Below are positions 57,801 through 64,000 of a stretch of DNA of 64,000 nt, one piece after another. The notes beneath the pieces are model-generated. The model was not told where the DNA came from and searched no databases. It saw nothing but the letters and a program-made list of their open reading frames with translations. The position numbers were made by a program, and so were the translations under genes. Source of the DNA: Eledone cirrhosa (Eukaryota); the NCBI GenBank assembly GCA_964016885.1, contig OZ024741.1:270010001-270074000 (forward strand). Reading direction: 5' to 3'. Position 1 is the stretch's first letter; each line of letters opens with the position of its first letter.

Positions 57801-60800
57801 TAAAACAGTGTATGTCAATACAGTGCCACTACGACACCCTCAAGAGTTACGGGACATTGCCACAAAACACCGTATGTCAATACAGTGCCACTACGACTCC
57901 CTCGAGAGTTACGGGACAATGCCACAAAACACCTATGTCAATACAGTGCCACTACGACTCCCTCGAGAGTTACGGGACCTTGCCATAAAACAGTGTATGT
58001 CAATACAGTGCCACTACGACTCCCTCGAGAGTTACGGGACATTGCCATAAAACAGTGTATGTCAATTCAGTGCCACTACGACTCCCTCGAGAGTTACGGG
58101 ACCTTGCCATAAAACAGTGTATGTCAATACAGTGCCACTACGACTCCCTCGAGAGTTACGGGACCTTGCCATAAAACAGTGTATGTCAATACAGTGCCAC
58201 TACGACTCCCTCGAGAGTTACGGGACAATGCCACAAAACACCGTATGTCAATACAGTGCCACTACGACTCCCTCGAGAGTTACGGGACATTGCCATAAAA
58301 CAGTGTATGTCAATTCAGTGCCACTACGACTCCCTCGAGAGTTACGGGACCTTGCCATAAAACAGTGTATGTCAATACAGTGCCACTACAAACTCCCTCG
58401 AGAGTTACGGGACAATGCCACAAAACACCGTATGTCAATACAGTGCCACTACGACTCCCTCGAGAGTTACGGGACATTGCCATAAAACAGTGTATGTCAA
58501 TTCAGTGCCACTACGACTCCCTCGAGAGTTACGGGACCTTGCCATAAAACAGTGTATGTCAATACAGTGCCACTACGACTCCCTCGAGAGTTACGGGACC
58601 TTGCCATAAAACAGTGTATGTCAATACAGTGCCACTACGACTCCCTCGAGTGTTACGGGACATTGCCATAAAACAGTGTATGTCAATACAGTGCCACTAC
58701 GACTCCCTCGAGAGTTACGGGACATTGCCATAAAACAGTGTATGTCAATACAGTGCCACTACGACTCCCTCGAGAGTTACGGGACCTTGCCATAAAACAG
58801 TGTATGTCAATACAGTGCCACTACGACACCCTCAAGAGTTACGGGACATTGCCACAAAACACCGTATGTCAATACAGTGCCACTACGACTCCCTCGAGAG
58901 TTACGGGACAATGCCACAAAACACCGTATGTCAATACAGTGCCACTACGACTCCCTCGAGAGTTACGGGACCTTGCCATAAAACAGTGTATGTCAATACA
59001 GTGCCACTACGACTCCCTCGAGAGTTACGGGACATTGCCATAAAACAGTGTATGTCAATTCAGTGCCACTACGACTCCCTCGAGAGTTACGGGACCTTGC
59101 CCCAAAACAGTGTATGTCAATACAGTGTCACTACGACTCCCTCGAGAGTTACGGGACAATGCCACAAAACACCGTATGTCAATACAGTGCCACTACAACT
59201 CCCTCGAGAGTGACGGGACATTGCCATAAAACAGTGTATGTCAATACAGTGCCACTACGACTCCCTCGAGAGTTACGGGACAATGCCACAAAACACCGTA
59301 TGTCAATACAGTGCCACTACGACTCCCTCGAGAGTTACGGGACATTGCCCCAACACACCGTATGTCAATACAGTGCCACTACGACTCCCTCGAGAGTTAC
59401 GGGACCTTGCCATAAAACAGTGTATGTCAATACAGTGCCACTACGACACCCTCAAGAGTTACGGGACATTGCCACAAAACACCGTATGTCAATACAGTGC
59501 CACTACGACTCCCTCGAGAGTTACGGGACAATGCCACAAAACACCTATGTCAATACAGTGCCACTACGACTCCCTCGAGAGTTACGGGACCTTGCCATAA
59601 AACAGTGTATGTCAATACAGTGCCACTACGACTCCCTCGAGAGTTACGGGACATTGCCATAAAACAGTGTATGTCAATTCAGTGCCACTACGACTCCCTT
59701 GAGAGTTACGGGACCTTGCCATAAAACAGTGTATGTCAATACAGTGCCACTACGACTCCCTCGAGAGTTACGGGACATTGCCACAAAACACCGTATGTCA
59801 ATACAGTGCCACTACGACTCCCTCGAGAGTTACGGGACCTTGCCATAAAACAGTGTATGTCAATACAGTGCCACTACGACTCCCTCGAGAGTTACGGGAC
59901 AATGCCACAAAACACCGTATGTCAATACAGTGCCACTACGACTCCCTCGAGAGTTACGGGACATTGCCATAAAACAGTGTATGTCAATTCAGTGCCACTA
60001 CGACTCCCTCGAGAGTTACGGGACCTTGCCATAAAACAGTGTATGTCAATACAGTGCCTCTACAAACTCCCTCGAGAGTTACGGGACAATGCCACAAAAC
60101 ACCGTATGTCAATACAGTGCCACTACGACTCCCTCGAGAGTTACGGGACATTGCCATAAAACAGTGTATGTCAATTCAGTGCCACTACGACTCCCTCGAG
60201 AGTTACGGGACCTTGCCATAAAACAGTGTATGTCAATACAGTGCCACTACGACTCCCTCGAGAGTTACGGGACCTTGCCATAAAACAGTGTATGTCAATA
60301 CAGTGCCACTACGACTCCCTCGAGTGTTACGGGACATTGCCATAAAACAGTGTATGTCAATACAGTGCCACTACGACTCCCTCGAGAGTTACGGGACATT
60401 GCCATAAAACAGTGTATGTCAATACAGTGCCACTATGACTCCCTCGAGAGTTACGGGACCTTGCCATAAAACAGTGTATGTCAATACAGTGCCACTACGA
60501 CTCCCTCGAGAGTTACGGGACATTGCCATAAAACAGTGTATGTCAATACAGTGCCACTACGACTCCCTCGAGAGTTACGGGACATTGCCATAAAACAGTG
60601 TATGTCAATACAGTGCCACTACGACTCCCTCGAGAGTTACGGGACCTTGCCATAAAACAGTGTATGTCAATACAGTGCCACTACGACTCCCTCGAGTGTT
60701 ACGGGACATTGCCATAAAACAGTGTATGTCAATACAGTGCCACTACGACTCCCTCGAGAGTTACGGGACCTTGCCATAAAACAGTGTATGTCAATACAGT

Positions 60801-63800
60801 GCCACTACGACTCCCTCGAGAGTTACGGGACATTGCCATAAAACAGTGTATGTCAATACAGTGCCACTACGACTCCCTCGAGAGTTACGGGACCTTGCCA
60901 TAAAACAGTGTATGTCAATACAGTGCCACTACGACTCCCTCGAGAGTTACGGGACCTTGCCATAAAACAGTGTATGTCAATACAGTGCCACTACGACTCC
61001 CTCGAGAGTTACGGGACCTTGCCACAAAACAGTGTATGTCATTACAGTGCCACTACGACTCCCTCGAGAGTTACGGGACATTGCCCCAAAACAGTGTATG
61101 TCAATACAGTGCCACTACGACTCCCTCGAGAGTTACAGGACATTGCCCCAAAACAGTGTATGTCAATACAGTGCCACTACGACTTCCTCGAGAGTTACGG
61201 AACATTGCCATAAAACAGTGTATGTCAATACAGTGCCACTACGACTCCCTCGAGAGTTACGGGACATTGCCCCAAAACAGTGTATGTCAATACAGTGCCA
61301 CTACAACTCCCTCGAGAGTTACGGGACATTGCCCCAAAACAGTGTATGTCAATACAGTGCCACTACGACTTCCTCGAGAGTTACGGGACATTGCCCCAAA
61401 ACAGTGTATGTCAATACAGTGCCACTACGACTTCCTCGAGAGTTACGGGACATTGCCATAAAACAGTGTATGTCAATACAGTGCCACTACGACTCCCTCG
61501 AGAGTTACAGGACATTGCCCCAAAACAGTGTATGTCAATACAGTGCCACTACGACTCCCTCGAGAGTTACGGGACATTGCCCCAAAACAGTGTATGTCAA
61601 TACAGTGTCACTACGACTCCCTCGAGAGTTACGGGACCTTGTCATGAAACAGTGTATGTCAATACAGTGTCACTACGACTCCCTCGAGAGTTACGGGACC
61701 TTGTCATGAAACAGTGTATGTCAATACAGTGCCACTACGACTCCCTCGAGAGTTACGGGACATTGCCCCAAAACAGTGTATGTCAATACAGTGCCACTAC
61801 GACTCCCTCGAGAGTTACGGGACCTTGCCATAAAACAGTGTATGTCAATACAGTGTCACTACGACTCCCTCGAGAGTTACGGGACCTTGCCATAAAACAG
61901 TGTATGTCAATACAGTGCCACTACGACTCCCTCGAGAGTTACGGGACCTTGCCCCAAAACAGTGTATGTCAATTCAGTGCCACTACGACTCCCTCGAGAG
62001 TTACGGGACATTGCCTCAAAACAGTGTATGTCAATACAGTGCCACTACGACTCCCTCGAGAGTTACGGGACCTTGCCATAAAACAGTGTATGTCAATACA
62101 GTGTCACTACGACTCCCTCGAGAGTTACGGGACATTGCCATAAAACAGTGTATGTCAATTCAGTGCCACTACGACTCCCTCGAGAGTTACGGGACATTGC
62201 CACAAAACAGTGTATGTCAATACAGTGCCACTACGACTCCCTCGAGAGTTACGGGACCTTGCCATAAAACAGTGCATGTCAATACAGTGCCACTACGACT
62301 CCCTCGAGAGTTACGGGACATTGCCATAAAACAGTGTATGTCAATACAGTGCCACTACGACTCCCTCGAGAGTTACGGGACATTGTCACAAAACACCGTA
62401 TGTCAATACAGTGCCACTACGACTCCCTCGTGATTTACGGGACATTGCCACAAAACACCGTATGTCAATACAGTGCCACTACGACTCCCTCGAGAGTTAC
62501 GGGACATTGCCCCAACACACCGTATGTCAATACAGTGTCACTACGACTCCCTCGAGAGTTACGGGACCTTGCCATAAAACAGTGTATGTCAATACAGTGC
62601 CACTACGACTCCCTCGAGAGTTACGGGACCTTGCCCCAAAACAGTGTATGTCAATTCAGTGCCACTACGACTCCCTCGAGAGTTACGGGACATTGCCTCA
62701 AAACAGTGTATGTCAATACAGTGCCACTACGACTCCCTCGAGAGTTACGGGACCTTGCCATAAAACAGTGTATGTCAATACAGTGCCACTACGACTCCCT
62801 CGAGAGTTACGGGACCTTGCCATAAAACAGTGTATGTCAATACAGTGCCACTACGACTCCCTCGAGAGTTACGGGACAATGCCACAAAACACCGTATGTC
62901 AATACAGTGCCACTACGACTCCCTCGAGAGTTACGGGACATTGCCATAAAACAGTGTATGTCAATTCAGTGCCACTACGACTCCCTCGAGAGTTACGGGA
63001 CCTTGCCATAAAACAGTGTATGTCAATACAGTGCCACTACAAACTCCCTCGAGAGTTACGGGACAATGCCACAAAACACCGTATGTCAATACAGTGCCAC
63101 TACGACTCCCTCGAGAGTTACGGGACATTGCCATAAAACAGTGTATGTCAATTCAGTGCCACTACGACTCCCTCGAGAGTTACGGGACCTTGCCATAAAA
63201 CAGTGTATGTCAATACAGTGCCACTACGACTCCCTCGAGAGTTACGGGACCTTGCCATAAAACAGTGTATGTCAATACAGTGCCACTACGACTCCCTCGA
63301 GTGTTACGGGACATTGCCATAAAACAGTGTATGTCAATACAGTGCCACTACGACTCCCTCGAGAGTTACGGGACATTGCCATAAAACAGTGTATGTCAAT
63401 ACAGTGCCACTACGACTCCCTCGAGAGTTACGGGACCTTGCCATAAAACAGTGTATGTCAATACAGTGCCACTACGACACCCTCAAGAGTTACGGGACAT
63501 TGCCACAAAACACCGTATGTCAATACAGTGCCACTACGACTCCCTCGAGAGTTACGGGACAATGCCACAAAACACCGTATGTCAATACAGTGCCACTACG
63601 ACTCCCTCGAGAGTTACGGGACCTTGCCATAAAACAGTGTATGTCAATACAGTGCCACTACGACTCCCTCGAGAGTTACGGGACATTGCCATAAAACAGT
63701 GTATGTCAATTCAGTGCCACTACGACTCCCTCGAGAGTTACGGGACCTTGCCCCAAAACAGTGTATGTCAATACAGTGTCACTACGACTCCCTCGAGAGT

Positions 63801-64000
63801 TACGGGACAATGCCACAAAACACCGTATGTCAATACAGTGCCACTACAACTCCCTCGAGAGTGACGGGACATTGCCATAAAACAGTGTATGTCAATACAG
63901 TGCCACTACGACTCCCTCGAGAGTTACGGGACAATGCCACAAAACACCGTATGTCAATACAGTGCCACTACGACTCCCTCGAGAGTTACGGGACATTGCC
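51855..64000. repeat. 62-bp satellite array (~196 monomers, continues past the window) with higher-order repeats
   Basis: Consensus GTATGTCAATACAGTGCCACTACGACTCCCTCGAGAGTTACGGGAC(A/C)TTGCCATAAAACAGT; rare 61- and 63-bp variants recur in conserved order. Confidence 0.98.

Noticed and set aside
51855-64000. Possible CRISPR array or repetitive protein gene (many MYVNTVPLRLPRE ORFs)
   Set aside because: No unique spacers and no cas genes; the 62-bp period is not a multiple of 3 and stops recur, so the ORFs are satellite artefacts

Overview
Repeat-saturated eukaryotic genomic DNA with no recognisable host gene, rRNA, tRNA or CRISPR array. The microsatellite load and SINE types suggest a cephalopod or other mollusc, which is inference. 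Nearly all ORFs in the track are artefacts of (TA)n/(CA)n/(GA)n/(TATG)n tracts or of a satellite. Real content: (i) two Penelope-like retroelement (PLE) coding remnants, a GIY-YIG end at 8.6-9.4 kb and RT + GIY-YIG at 41.1-42.9 kb; (ii) many unrelated AT-rich cassettes sitting between (TA)n arrays, often as foldback or partial-tandem structures, carrying more than 15 hand-folded type I hammerhead ribozyme motifs, including U3-A8 compensatory core variants, palindromic stem III and very long stem II; (iii) a 526-bp tandem array with hammerhead-like motifs and an inverted leading arm (36.4-39.2 kb); (iv) L1/Tx1 and RTE LINE fragments, bipartite RTE-derived SINE-like elements, two tRNA-derived SINE families and two non-autonomous Helitrons; (v) from 49.7 kb, a ~30-bp minisatellite, a strand-flipped telomere-like ~9-bp degenerate repeat, and a >12-kb 62-bp satellite with higher-order structure running off the window end. 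All folds and alignments were done by eye, and coordinates may be off by a few bases.
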